In this document: piece by piece, positions 29,215 through 40,580 of the stretch
Layout of the letters: each line of letters opens with the position of its first letter
How positions within the stretch are numbered: position 1 is the first letter of the stretch
Origin: Gammaproteobacteria bacterium
GTDB taxonomy: Bacteria; Pseudomonadota; Gammaproteobacteria; Eutrophobiales; Eutrophobiaceae
DNA length: 64,000 nt
Direction: 5' to 3'
Assembly: GCA_030829955.1 (NCBI GenBank)
Contig: JAURNY010000031.1
Location: 5,374 to 69,373 of the forward strand
Notes under the pieces: model-generated
Databases searched by the model: none
What the model was told of the DNA's origin: nothing
What the model saw: only the letters and a program-made list of their open reading frames with translations
Translations under genes and position numbers: made by a program

Positions 29215-29246
29215 TGGTTGTGGGGATAGGATTTGAACCTGCCATC
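29215..29246 (-). other. tRNA-like 3' fragment (T-arm + acceptor 3' strand + CCA), not a complete tRNA
   Basis: The minus strand reads ...GGCAGGTTCAAATCCTATCCCCACAACCA. It has the canonical GTTCAAATCC T-loop context, a 7-nt acceptor strand, discriminator and CCA. There is one mismatch in the T-stem. No matching 5' acceptor strand, D-arm or anticodon arm could be folded upstream. Confidence 0.3.
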
Positions 29247-29467
29247 TTCAGATTATAAAGTATTTAGTCGTAGATTTTGCCGGACCGTCGAGAAATAAAT
29301 TAAGGCGTGTCAATGTGACGCACTTGGTAAAAAAAGAGGAGATAAAGTATTAGTAATATGGGATATCTCATGCGAATAATTTCATATTTAATAATTTAGC
29401 AACCTCGAGCTTTCTTGGCGTTCAAAATCTTTATTTATAGAGTCAAAGTGACAAACTATTGACCGCT

Positions 29468-30274
29468 TCAATCCTTATCTTTGTCAAACGATAGCATGGC
29501 ATAGGCAGAATGATTGTGTATTGATTCAAAGTTTTCAGATTCAACCGTATAGGATGATATACGGTCATCTTTATTAAACTTAACCGCCACATCACGCACA
29601 ATATCTTCAACAAACTTTGGATTATCGTAAGCGCGTTCGGTTACATATTTTTCATCCGGGCGCTTCAATAAACCATATAATTCACAAGAAGCAACACTTT
29701 CGATAGCTTCAATCAATTCTTCAATCCAGATGAAATCACGCATTTTGACGCAAGCTGTAATATGCGAGCGTTGATTATGTGCGCCATAGTCTGAAATATT
29801 TTTCGAGCAAGGACAGAGTGAAGTAACTGGCACACATACCTTTACTAATACTCGAGGTTTTTTATCTTCGATTAAACCTATGAAGGTAACCTGATAATCC
29901 ATCAAGCTCTGTACTCCGGAGATTGGTGCAGATTTGTTAATAAAATATGGAAATGACATCTCAATATTACCAGATTCAGCATTAAGCAGCTCTATCATCT
30001 GTTCTATCATTCGTTTGAATGATTTGACCGTTATTTCATATTCATGTTGATTGAGTATCTCGACAAAACGAGACATGTGAGTGCCTTTGTATTTATCTGG
30101 CAAATTCACGTACATATTAAAATTTGCGACAGTATGTTGTTCGCGACCAGAGCGATCACTGACAACAACCGGATGCTTAATATCTTTGATGCCGACCTTG
30201 TCTATAGAAATGTGTCGAGTATCAATTGAATTTTGTGTGTCAGGTATTGTTTGGGCTTCTACGGCTTGATTCAT
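29468..30274 (-). CDS. folE2: GTP cyclohydrolase FolE2 (type IB, MptA family)
   Basis: 268 aa. Conserved FolE2 region [26 protein letters not shown]. Confidence 0.85.
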   Translation of the reverse strand: MNQAVEAQTIPDTQNSIDTRHISIDKVGIKDIKHPVVVSDRSGREQHTVANFNMYVNLPDKYKGTHMSRFVEILNQHEYEITVKSFKRMIEQMIELLNAESGNIEMSFPYFINKSAPISGVQSLMDYQVTFIGLIEDKKPRVLVKVCVPVTSLCPCSKNISDYGAHNQRSHITACVKMRDFIWIEELIEAIESVASCELYGLLKRPDEKYVTERAYDNPKFVEDIVRDVAVKFNKDDRISSYTVESENFESIHNHSAYAMLSFDKDKD

Positions 30275-30391
30275 AATTAAATCCAGAATTCATTACATTA
30301 TTTAAGTTAATAATTATAGACATTTATTAAGAAAAAAGATTTTACTCTAATTAGATAGCATATTCAGTTAAAATAGGTGCTTTAAGAGAAT

Positions 30392-31285
30392 TTATTTATT
30401 TCTTTTGACGATATAGTCTGCTAACTGTTTGAGCATGCTTGCTTTATCGCCAAACGCTTCCAGGCTATCGATTGCCTCATTGTAAAGAGATTCTGCAGCT
30501 TGTTTAGCGCCGTCCAAGCCCAATAAATTGGGATAAGTTGGCTTATTCTGTTCTATATCTGAGCCTTGCGGTTTACCGAGAGTCTCTGTATCACTCTCAA
30601 TATCCAGAATATCGTCTTTAATTTGAAAGGCTAGACCGATACAGCGCGCGTAATGCGACACATTTTTAAATAATTCAGGATCAACTTGCTCCATTGAAAG
30701 AGCGCCTAGTTCTGCACTGGCAGCTATTAGTGCGCCAGTTTTGTGAATATGCATATTTTCCAGTTCGGCAATCGTTAATGATTTGCCGACTGCAGCAAGA
30801 TCAATCGCTTGGCCACCCGCCATACCAAAAGAGCCGCTGGCTATCGCTAACGTATTGATCATTTTTATTCTTTGTTCAGAGCTTACTTTTATCGTCGGAT
30901 CATCTGCTAATATATGAAAAGCAAGCGCTTGTAATGCATCACCAGCCAAAATGGCAGTTGCTTCATCATATGCTTTATGACAGGTTGGGCGCCCGCGACG
31001 GAGGTTATCATCATCCATCGAGGGTAAATCATCATGAATTAGTGAATAGGCATGAATGATTTCAACAGCACAAGCGGGCCCATTCAGTTGCTCTATATCG
31101 ATGCCGAATGCTTCGCCAGTGGCATATACCAACACAGGACGAATACGTTTACCCTCAGCCAAGACTGAATAGCGCATAGCTTCATGTAAGGTTTGAGGTT
31201 GAATATCACTAGCAGGCAACCATTTATCCAATGCAACTGCTGCCGCATTTTGAAAGTGTTTTAGTTGTTCTTGAAAATCAGACAT
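30392..31285 (-). CDS. ispA: (2E,6E)-farnesyl diphosphate synthase IspA
   Basis: 297 aa. First Asp-rich motif LIHDDLPSMDDDNLRRGRPT and second KDDILD. It sits immediately downstream of xseB, as in the canonical xseB-ispA operon. Confidence 0.9.
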   Translation of the reverse strand: MSDFQEQLKHFQNAAAVALDKWLPASDIQPQTLHEAMRYSVLAEGKRIRPVLVYATGEAFGIDIEQLNGPACAVEIIHAYSLIHDDLPSMDDDNLRRGRPTCHKAYDEATAILAGDALQALAFHILADDPTIKVSSEQRIKMINTLAIASGSFGMAGGQAIDLAAVGKSLTIAELENMHIHKTGALIAASAELGALSMEQVDPELFKNVSHYARCIGLAFQIKDDILDIESDTETLGKPQGSDIEQNKPTYPNLLGLDGAKQAAESLYNEAIDSLEAFGDKASMLKQLADYIVKRNK

Positions 31286-31288
31286 GTT

Positions 31289-31531
31289 TTATTCTTTATT
31301 ATTACTATCATAATCAGATAGTTCAGAATTGCCATTTTTCTCAAGAAGAATTTGTACCTTCTGTTCAGCTTCAGTCAATGCCTTTTGACAATTTTTGGTT
31401 AACTCTATACCTCTTTCAAAACACTTTAGTGATTCTTCCAAAGAAAGATCACCTTCTTCCATTTTTTCTACAAGACTTTCAAGTTCGGCAAGCGACTTTT
31501 CAAAATTTATTGATGAAGTTTTCTGTGGCAC
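31289..31531 (-). CDS. xseB: Exodeoxyribonuclease VII small subunit XseB
   Basis: The track ORF 31289..31657 has a hydrophobic 42-aa extension. GTG at 31529-31531 gives VPQKTSSINFEKSLAELESLVEKMEEGDLSLEESLKCFERGIEL..., matching the ~80-aa XseB helical hairpin. The start codon choice is uncertain. Confidence 0.75.
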   Translation of the reverse strand: MPQKTSSINFEKSLAELESLVEKMEEGDLSLEESLKCFERGIELTKNCQKALTEAEQKVQILLEKNGNSELSDYDSNNKE

Positions 31532-31754
31532 GGTAATTCCGATCTGTAAAAAAGTAATTATATTAGCATTCAAACTAGGCAATATCAGTCGCAAATCAAA
31601 TATTGATAGAGATAAGCTATTAGAGTGATAGGGAAAATTATATAGCAAAAAAGCCATGTTGACATAAAATAGTAATAGAGTGTTAGTTTTTCTAAAATAA
31701 AAACGTTCTGTATGTATCGTTTATTTTCCAATAATCTCTACCAGGAGGAGCAAA

Positions 31755-32174
31755 ATGGAACTCAAAGGTTCAAAAACTGAAGAAAATCTCAAAGCCGCTT
31801 TTGCCGGTGAATCTCAAGCTAATCGTCGTTATCTATATTTTGCACAAAAAGCTGACGTAGAAGGCTTCAATGATGTGTCAGCTGTTTTCCGTTCTACCGC
31901 TGAAGGTGAAACTGGTCATGCACACGGTCATTTGGAATATCTTGAAGCAGTAGGTGATCCTGCTACAGGTGAACCGATTGGTACTACTGATTTAAACCTT
32001 AAAGCTGCGATTGCCGGTGAAACTCATGAATACACTGATATGTATCCAGGCATGGCAAAAACAGCTCGTGATGAAGGCTTTGATGAAATTGCTGATTGGT
32101 TTGAAACGCTTGCGAAAGCAGAGCGCTCACATGCTAATCGTTTCCAAAAAGCACTTGATTCATTAGCAGCATAA
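31755..32174 (+). CDS. Rubrerythrin-family diiron protein (no rubredoxin domain)
   Basis: 139 aa. Paired ExxH diiron ligands (EGETGH, AGETHEY) are present. The strong GGAGG SD and ggt/gct/cgt-biased codons suggest high expression. Confidence 0.8.
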   Translation: MELKGSKTEENLKAAFAGESQANRRYLYFAQKADVEGFNDVSAVFRSTAEGETGHAHGHLEYLEAVGDPATGEPIGTTDLNLKAAIAGETHEYTDMYPGMAKTARDEGFDEIADWFETLAKAERSHANRFQKALDSLAA

Positions 32175-32196
32175 TCAAGAATCGATAAAATATGTT

Positions 32197-32217
32197 GAGC
32201 CGGGAATTCCCCGGCTC
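32197..32217. terminator. Perfect GC-rich stem-loop (possible intra-operon terminator/attenuator)
   Basis: gagccggg-aattc-cccggctc: an 8-bp GC-rich stem with a 5-nt loop containing GAATTC, 22 nt after the rubrerythrin stop. It is followed by a weakly T-rich stretch. The next gene starts 48 nt downstream on the same strand. Confidence 0.4.
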
Positions 32218-32264
32218 ATTACGTTTACACCAATCGATTTAGTGAAAGACTAACGGAGCAAGAG

Positions 32265-33602
32265 TTGATGAGCGAAAGTAGACGAGAAGGCAGTCTTGAA
32301 GCACCCACTAGACATCCGATAAATTGGAAATCAGGTGATTTCTATGATGAAGATTCATTATTTGCTGAACTAGAGCGAGTGTATGACATTTGCCATGGTT
32401 GTCGCCGTTGCGTAAGTTTATGTCATGCCTTTCCAAGCCTTTTTGATTTGATAGATGAATCAGAAACGATGGAAGTGGATGGTGTTAAAAAAGAAGACTA
32501 TTGGCAAGTCGTTGAACATTGTTATCTTTGTGATCTTTGTTATATGACTAAATGTCCTTACGTTCCGCCTCATGAATGGAATGTTGATTTTCCTCATCTA
32601 ATGCTTCGCGCAAAAGCTCAACGATTTAAAGATGGCAAAGTATCAACTCGTGATAAATTACTCACATCCACTGATTTTGTAGGCTCTATTGCTGGTATAC
32701 CTGTGGTTGCACAAACAGTTAATACCGCAAACAATATTAAATCGATTCGAAAAGTTATGGATAAAGTCATTGGTATCCATGCCGATGCAGAATTGCCAAA
32801 ATTTCATAGTAACTCTCTAAGAAAAAGATTCACCGAAAGCAATAATGAAACTGTAGAAGCTACTGCTGACACGAAAGGCAAGGTTGCCTTGTTTGTTACC
32901 TGTTACGGTAATAAAAATGAACCGGATGTAGTTGAAGATATGGTTGCTATCTTAAGACACAACAATATCCAGGTGAAGCTGGTCGAACAAGAAAAGTGTT
33001 GTGGTATGCCAAAAATGGAACTTGGCGATCTTGAATCAGTTGAAAAACTGAAAGACTTTAACATCGCTCAGTTGGAAAAACTGGTCGATGAGGGGTGGGA
33101 CATTACCGCGCCAATTCCATCATGCGTTTTGATGTTTAAGCAGGAAATTCCTTTATTATTTCCTAATGATGAAGCAGTGAAAAAAGTTCAGGCCGCATTC
33201 TTCGATCCTTTTGAGTATCTTATTTTGCGAAACAAAGAAGGAAAACTTAATACTGATTTTAAAAACAAGTTGGGCAAAGTAGCGTATCACGTACCATGCC
33301 ATCAGCGTGTACAGAATATCGGTTTAAAAACTAAAGATGTATTGTCACTTGTTCCCGATACCGAGATCACAGTTATTGAACGTTGTTCAGGACATGATGG
33401 TACTTATGCAGTTAAAAGCGAATACCATGAAATATCTATGAAAATTTGTCGTCCAGTGACTAATAAGATTAAAGGAGCCGATCTAGATCATTATATAAGT
33501 GACTGCCCAATGGCTGGCCATCAAATAGCAAATGGACTGGATGAAACTAATCTTTTTGCGGAGAGTCCATTTACATTATTAAAACAGGCTTATGGAATTT
33601 AA
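32265..33602 (+). CDS. (Fe-S)-binding oxidoreductase with two 4Fe-4S motifs and two CCG domains (HdrD/GlpC/LutA-like)
   Basis: 445 aa. The N-terminus has CHGCRRCVSLC and CYLCDLCYMTKCP ferredoxin-type motifs. Two cysteine-rich CCG-type repeats follow (CCGMP; CPMAGH). Confidence 0.8.
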   Translation: MMSESRREGSLEAPTRHPINWKSGDFYDEDSLFAELERVYDICHGCRRCVSLCHAFPSLFDLIDESETMEVDGVKKEDYWQVVEHCYLCDLCYMTKCPYVPPHEWNVDFPHLMLRAKAQRFKDGKVSTRDKLLTSTDFVGSIAGIPVVAQTVNTANNIKSIRKVMDKVIGIHADAELPKFHSNSLRKRFTESNNETVEATADTKGKVALFVTCYGNKNEPDVVEDMVAILRHNNIQVKLVEQEKCCGMPKMELGDLESVEKLKDFNIAQLEKLVDEGWDITAPIPSCVLMFKQEIPLLFPNDEAVKKVQAAFFDPFEYLILRNKEGKLNTDFKNKLGKVAYHVPCHQRVQNIGLKTKDVLSLVPDTEITVIERCSGHDGTYAVKSEYHEISMKICRPVTNKIKGADLDHYISDCPMAGHQIANGLDETNLFAESPFTLLKQAYGI

Positions 33603-33605
33603 TCT

Positions 33606-34190
33606 ATGGATAAACTTAAAAGAGAAGATTTATATACCTTGGAAAAATATGCCGAAATTCGTAATGACTTTCGTATGAAGATCATGGCTCATAAAAAGAA
33701 TCGACGATTACATATTGGCCAGAATGCTACTCTGTATTTTGAGGATCGACTGGTAATGCAGTATCAGATTCAAGAAATATTAAGAACAGAGAAGATCTTT
33801 GAAGCTGATGGTATTAATGAAGAACTGGAAGCTTATAACCCGCTAATTCCTGATGGTAGTAATTGGAAAGCAACTTTCATGATCGAATTTGCTGAAGAGA
33901 ATGAGCGAAGAGAAGCACTTAGTAAAATGATCGGTATCGAAGATAAAACCTGGGTTATGGTGGAAGGTCACAACAAGGTTTATCCCATATCTGATGAAGA
34001 TCTGGAGCGTGATAATGAGACGAAGACTTCATCTGTTCATTTTTTACGATTTGAACTTACTACTGACATGATTACAGCTCTTAAATCAGGAGCTAATCTT
34101 TCAGCTGGTATCGATCATCCTGCATATTCTCATGCGATTGCCTCTATACCTGACAATATCAGGGAATCATTAGTCTCAGACCTTGATTAA
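33606..34190 (+). CDS. DUF3501 family protein
   Basis: 194 aa beginning 4 nt after the Fe-S protein stop. No catalytic motif recognised. The assignment rests on my recollection of the DUF3501 family profile and its genomic association with CCG-type Fe-S proteins. Confidence 0.6.
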   Translation: MDKLKREDLYTLEKYAEIRNDFRMKIMAHKKNRRLHIGQNATLYFEDRLVMQYQIQEILRTEKIFEADGINEELEAYNPLIPDGSNWKATFMIEFAEENERREALSKMIGIEDKTWVMVEGHNKVYPISDEDLERDNETKTSSVHFLRFELTTDMITALKSGANLSAGIDHPAYSHAIASIPDNIRESLVSDLD

Positions 34191-34267
34191 CCTTAGATAT
34201 AGTATCTATTTTGTTTATTAGACACTATGTTGTGTTTATAACTTGCGGTATGCTTTTCTGGTTGTAA

Positions 34268-36178
<1,911 letters not shown>

Positions 36179-36207
36179 ACATATTTATATGTATTGAGGT
36201 TTTATAA

Positions 36208-38463
36208 ATGAGTGATTCACTCAGTTTTGATTTCGAACAGAACGAGCAAAGACCATTGCAGGAATTTACTGAAAAGGCATATCTAGATTATTCCATGTAT
36301 GTCATTTTGGATAGAGCGTTGCCTCATATCGGTGATGGTTTAAAACCTGTTCAACGACGAATTATTTATGCAATGTCTGAACTAGGCCTTAGGGCAACGG
36401 CCAAATATAAAAAATCGGCACGTACCGTTGGTGATGTAATTGGTAAATTTCATCCGCATGGCGACTCTGCCTGTTATGAAGCCATGGTGTTGATGGCGCA
36501 AAACTTTTCATATCGATATGCACTAGTTGATGGACAAGGCAACTGGGGCTCGATGGATGATCCAAAATCATTTGCTGCCATGCGCTATACCGAATCAAAA
36601 CTTACAGCCTACTCGGATTTGTTACTTAGCGAAGTTAATCAGGGAACAGTCGAGTGGATGCCAAACTTTGATGGCACATTAGAAGAACCAAAGTTACTTC
36701 CTGCTCGTGTCCCCAACTTATTATTAAATGGTACGACAGGTATTGCTGTCGGTATGGCAACCGATATACCGCCACATAATTTAAAAGAAGTCGCGAGTGC
36801 CTGTATTAGAATATTGGAATCGCCCAAAAGCACGGTTGCTGAACTATGTGAACATATCAAAGGGCCAGACTTTCCAACATATGCCGAAATTATTACGCCA
36901 AAAAATCTATTGCTGGAAATGTATGAAACCGGTAATGGTTCAGTAAAGATGCGTGCCACATGGGAAAAAGAGTATGGTAATGTTGTTATCACCGCTTTGC
37001 CTTATCAAAGTTCGGGCAGTAAGGTACTTGAACAAATTGCGGCACAGATGCAGGCAAAGAAGTTGCCGATGCTGGAAGACTTGCGGGATGAATCTGATCA
37101 TGAAAATCCAACTCGCCTAATACTCATTCCAAAATCTAATCGTGTTGATTTAAATGAAATGATGTTGCATTTATTTGCAACGACAGATCTCGAGCGCAAT
37201 TATCGCGTGAATATGAATGTGATTGGTTTAAATGGCCGACCACAAGTTAAAGATCTGCGTACTATTCTGAAAGAGTGGTTGGAATATCGAACTGAAACAG
37301 TTCGTAAACGGTTGCAATTTCGTCTCGATAAAGTGTTGGCACAGATTCATGTTCTAGAAGGTTTGATGATAGCTTATCTGAATATTGATGAAGTGATTCA
37401 AATTATCCGCGAAGAAGAAAATCCAAAAGCCGAGTTGATGAAGCGCTTTAAATTAAGCGATATTCAGGCTGATGCAATTCTTGATTTAAAGTTACGCAAA
37501 CTTGCTAAACTCGAAGAAATAAAAATTAAAGGCGAGTTGGATGAATTAAAGGATGAACGCAAACAACTTGAAACGACACTTGGTTCTGAGCAACGTTTAA
37601 AGACACTCGTCAAAAAAGAATTGATTGCTGACGCTGAAGAGTATGGTGATGAAAGAATGTCGCCATTAAAAGAAGCAGAAGAGGCAAAGGCAATCGATGT
37701 GAATAATTTAATACCAACTGAACAAGTCACCATCGTCTTATCAGAAAAAGGTTGGGTGAGAGCGGCTAAAGGTCACGATGTTGATCCGTTAACACTCAAC
37801 TATAAATCCGGTGATGCCTTTAAACAATCCTGTTATGCAAAGAGCAATCAACTTGCAGTATTCGTTGATTCGGGCGGGCGTTTTTATTCTTTGCCTGCGC
37901 ACACATTGCCGTCTGCAAGAAGTTTAGGTGAACCTGTTTCTGCCAGATTAACGCCGCCTGATGGAGTGACATTTGAAGGTGTTATGTCTGGTGATTCAGA
38001 ACGCGCATATTTAGTTGGCTCTGATGCTGGTTATGGTTTTATGGTCAAACTGGAAGATGTCTATACAAAAAACCGAAATGGTAAGGCGATTATTTCAGTG
38101 CCAAAAGGCGCAAAAGCGATTGCGCCTAGTCCGATTTATGATTTGCAAAGTGATTGGGTTGCGATAGTTAGCAATATAGGTCGCTTATTAATGTTTCCAA
38201 TCACTGAGTTAACCCTCTTGCCAAAAGGTAAAGGACTAAAAATGATGCAAATACCGCCAGCTAAATTAAAAAGTCGGGAAGAATATGTTGTTGCAATGAC
38301 AGCAATGAAAGAAACCGATAGTTTGCTGGTGTACTCAGGTAAACGATATACCACTCTAAAAACAGCTGACCATGAACATTATATTGGTGAACGTGGTCGT
38401 CGAGGCAATATGTTGCCAAAAGGTTTTAGAAGCGTGGTGAGAATTGAGGCTGTAGCAGAATAA
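36208..38463 (+). CDS. parC: DNA topoisomerase IV subunit A ParC
   Basis: 751 aa. GyrA/ParC N-terminal domain with the catalytic-Tyr region (AAMRYTE) and QRR-box context. The length and adjacency to parE indicate ParC rather than GyrA. Confidence 0.92.
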   Translation: MSDSLSFDFEQNEQRPLQEFTEKAYLDYSMYVILDRALPHIGDGLKPVQRRIIYAMSELGLRATAKYKKSARTVGDVIGKFHPHGDSACYEAMVLMAQNFSYRYALVDGQGNWGSMDDPKSFAAMRYTESKLTAYSDLLLSEVNQGTVEWMPNFDGTLEEPKLLPARVPNLLLNGTTGIAVGMATDIPPHNLKEVASACIRILESPKSTVAELCEHIKGPDFPTYAEIITPKNLLLEMYETGNGSVKMRATWEKEYGNVVITALPYQSSGSKVLEQIAAQMQAKKLPMLEDLRDESDHENPTRLILIPKSNRVDLNEMMLHLFATTDLERNYRVNMNVIGLNGRPQVKDLRTILKEWLEYRTETVRKRLQFRLDKVLAQIHVLEGLMIAYLNIDEVIQIIREEENPKAELMKRFKLSDIQADAILDLKLRKLAKLEEIKIKGELDELKDERKQLETTLGSEQRLKTLVKKELIADAEEYGDERMSPLKEAEEAKAIDVNNLIPTEQVTIVLSEKGWVRAAKGHDVDPLTLNYKSGDAFKQSCYAKSNQLAVFVDSGGRFYSLPAHTLPSARSLGEPVSARLTPPDGVTFEGVMSGDSERAYLVGSDAGYGFMVKLEDVYTKNRNGKAIISVPKGAKAIAPSPIYDLQSDWVAIVSNIGRLLMFPITELTLLPKGKGLKMMQIPPAKLKSREEYVVAMTAMKETDSLLVYSGKRYTTLKTADHEHYIGERGRRGNMLPKGFRSVVRIEAVAE

Positions 38464-38702
38464 TATTTTGGCATTTTTCAGTATGAATTGACACAAGCCG
38501 CTAACTTGTGTGATTTGAATAGTGATGAAAGCCTGAAAGAAAATTAGACTGCATTAACATTAAAACCATATCAAAGAGTATGGTTGAGTAATCGACAATA
38601 AAAAACGGACAAGAACAATTCATACCCGGTTATTATCACAATAAAGCGAATTTTGGAGGGGGGAGATCCACAATAGTTTTGATAGAAAAATGCCATAAAA
38701 CT

Positions 38703-39692
38703 TTAGCGAAAATTAATAGATATCTTCGATTTCTGGCCATGAATTTCCCTGACCAGTTTAGGCACCAGATAACCAGACACCCTGTTTTTCATTTCTTTTA
38801 TCAGTTTCTTAGCTTCCGTTTCACCTACTTCATAATGTGTCGTCCCTGAAACGGGGTCGAGTAAATGCAGATAATAAGGGACTATTTGGTTTTCGATTAG
38901 TTTTTCAGACAACTTGATTAACGTTTCTGTTGAATTATTAATCCCTTTCATCAGTACTGATTGATTAAAAACGAGCATGCCTTGAGAAGTCATCTGTTTA
39001 ATCGCCTTAATCATTGCATCATTAATCTCATTTGCGTGGTTAATATGCAGTACAACTATGCATTCTTTTTTGCCTCTATTTAGTGTTTTTATGAGTTCCT
39101 TGTTGATTCTGTCTGGGATCACGACAGGAAATCTACTGTGAATTCTAATTCGTTTTATATGATTGATTTGATTCAGCTGATCAAACATTTCTTGTAATTT
39201 GCTATCTGCTAGACTTAAGGGATCGCCACCGCTCAATATGACTTCGTGAATAGCGTTATTTGACTTGATATAACCCAACTTTTCCTGCCAATCAGAATGT
39301 GAAAAGCCACTATCCTGATAGGGAAAATGTCTCCGAAAACAATAACGACAATGGATTGCGCAGGCCCCGGTAGAAATATTCAGTACCCGATCTTCATATT
39401 TATGTAACAAACCTGGGGCGACATGAGACGCAGCTTCATTTAGTGGATCATGCGTAAAACGACCATCTTCAATATCTTCATCAAGATAAGGAAAGACCTG
39501 ACGCAATAAGGGATCATTCGGATTCTGGCGCTGCATACGATCGGCAAATGCGACAGGTACCCTGACAGGAAACTGTTTAATGCCATTTTCACTATATCCC
39601 AATGCTTCTGCGCCAAGTTCGACATGTTCCAGTAGATGAGCGGGACTACGAATTGCGTTTGCGAATTGTATTTGCCAGGATTGGGAGTGCAT
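38703..39692 (-). CDS. epmB: EF-P beta-lysylation protein EpmB (lysine 2,3-aminomutase family)
   Basis: Radical-SAM motif [15 protein letters not shown] and KamA-family body. The start at internal M (39690-39692) aligns best with E. coli EpmB. Divergent from efp. Confidence 0.85.
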   Translation of the reverse strand: MHSQSWQIQFANAIRSPAHLLEHVELGAEALGYSENGIKQFPVRVPVAFADRMQRQNPNDPLLRQVFPYLDEDIEDGRFTHDPLNEAASHVAPGLLHKYEDRVLNISTGACAIHCRYCFRRHFPYQDSGFSHSDWQEKLGYIKSNNAIHEVILSGGDPLSLADSKLQEMFDQLNQINHIKRIRIHSRFPVVIPDRINKELIKTLNRGKKECIVVLHINHANEINDAMIKAIKQMTSQGMLVFNQSVLMKGINNSTETLIKLSEKLIENQIVPYYLHLLDPVSGTTHYEVGETEAKKLIKEMKNRVSGYLVPKLVREIHGQKSKISINFR

Positions 39693-39755
39693 TCTTTTAT
39701 AAGTTTTCTGTATGATACGCGCTTTTATCACGCACTATATTGGAAAGTAATCAAA

Positions 39756-40325
39756 ATGGCGACATACAGCACAAGTGAATTCAAAAATGGCCTGAAATTA
39801 ATGATGGACGGCGATCCCTGTTCAATTATTGAAAATGAATTTGTAAAGCCCGGCAAAGGTCAGGCATTTAATCGAGTAAGACTTAGAAATCTAAAAACCG
39901 GCAGAGTATTGGAAAAGACATTTAAGTCAGGTGAAACTGTAGAAGCTGCTGATGTAATGGATCTGGAAATGCAATATCTCTATAACGATGGTGAAACCTG
40001 GAATTTCATGGATACCAGCTCATTTGAGCAATTTGCCGCAGATGAAAATGCTGTTTCTGACGCTAAGCAATGGATTAAAGGTGAAGAAATGTGTCTCGTG
40101 ACACTATGGAACAATGTGCCATTAGCCGTTGCCGCACCAAACTTCGTGATATTGGAAATTACTGATACTGATCCGGGTGTTAGAGGTGATACCGCCCAGG
40201 GTGGCTCAAAGCCTGCTACACTTGAAACGGGTGCTGTTGTTAAGGTGCCTCTATTCATTGAAAACGGTGAATTATTAAAAATTGATACACGTACCGGCGA
40301 ATATGTTAGTCGCGCAAAGGAATAA
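39756..40325 (+). CDS. efp: Elongation factor P
   Basis: The internal start [46 protein letters not shown]... gives 189 aa with the conserved KPGKGQAF loop carrying the lysylated Lys. The track ORF carried a spurious 40-aa extension. Confidence 0.92.
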   Translation: MATYSTSEFKNGLKLMMDGDPCSIIENEFVKPGKGQAFNRVRLRNLKTGRVLEKTFKSGETVEAADVMDLEMQYLYNDGETWNFMDTSSFEQFAADENAVSDAKQWIKGEEMCLVTLWNNVPLAVAAPNFVILEITDTDPGVRGDTAQGGSKPATLETGAVVKVPLFIENGELLKIDTRTGEYVSRAKE

Positions 40326-40559
40326 ATGGAACAATTTGAATATCTAATATCCAACTTATTTTCCCAGCAAGGTCTGGCAAACTCTCAAAAAGAGATAGAT
40401 CTGTTGATTGATACTCATCGTCCTATCGCGGATGATGTTGAATTTTCAGATATTTTGTTCTGGACGCAAAGTTATTCAGATTTTCTACGCGAAGCATTAG
40501 CAGATGATTCAGATTGGCCTGAATTAGTCTTTCGACTTAACAATCGACTTCTCTCGTAA
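40326..40559 (+). CDS. Hypothetical small acidic protein, translationally coupled to efp
   Basis: 77 aa. The ATG immediately follows the efp TAA, with AGGA 4 nt upstream inside the efp 3' end. D/E-rich, no TM. Located between efp and epmA. Confidence 0.5.
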   Translation: MEQFEYLISNLFSQQGLANSQKEIDLLIDTHRPIADDVEFSDILFWTQSYSDFLREALADDSDWPELVFRLNNRLLS

Positions 40560-40580
40560 TTAATTTTTTTAAATCGCGCT

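Noticed and set aside
29043-29467. Possibility that the tRNA-like 3' end belongs to tmRNA or tRNA-Sec
   Set aside because: No GGGG...acceptor 5' partner, no tag-peptide reading frame or pseudoknot-sized body. A tmRNA of ~350 nt would run into folE2. No TCA anticodon loop or long variable arm for tRNA-Sec.
25560-29467. Hypothesis that the Lpp-like/secreted/HNH/mazG stretch is a genomic island bounded by the terminator at 25511 and the tRNA fragment
   Set aside because: No integrase, transposase, direct repeats or obvious compositional shift. The aminotransferase, mazG and Lpp/Ldt look like core functions. Retained only as a weak possibility in the tRNA-fragment finding.
30304-30327. Candidate Zur box (gttaataattatagacattt) upstream of folE2
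   Set aside because: Only an 8-bp ATAATTAT palindrome, which is expected by chance in ~38 % GC DNA. It does not match the GTTATA-N-TATAAC architecture.
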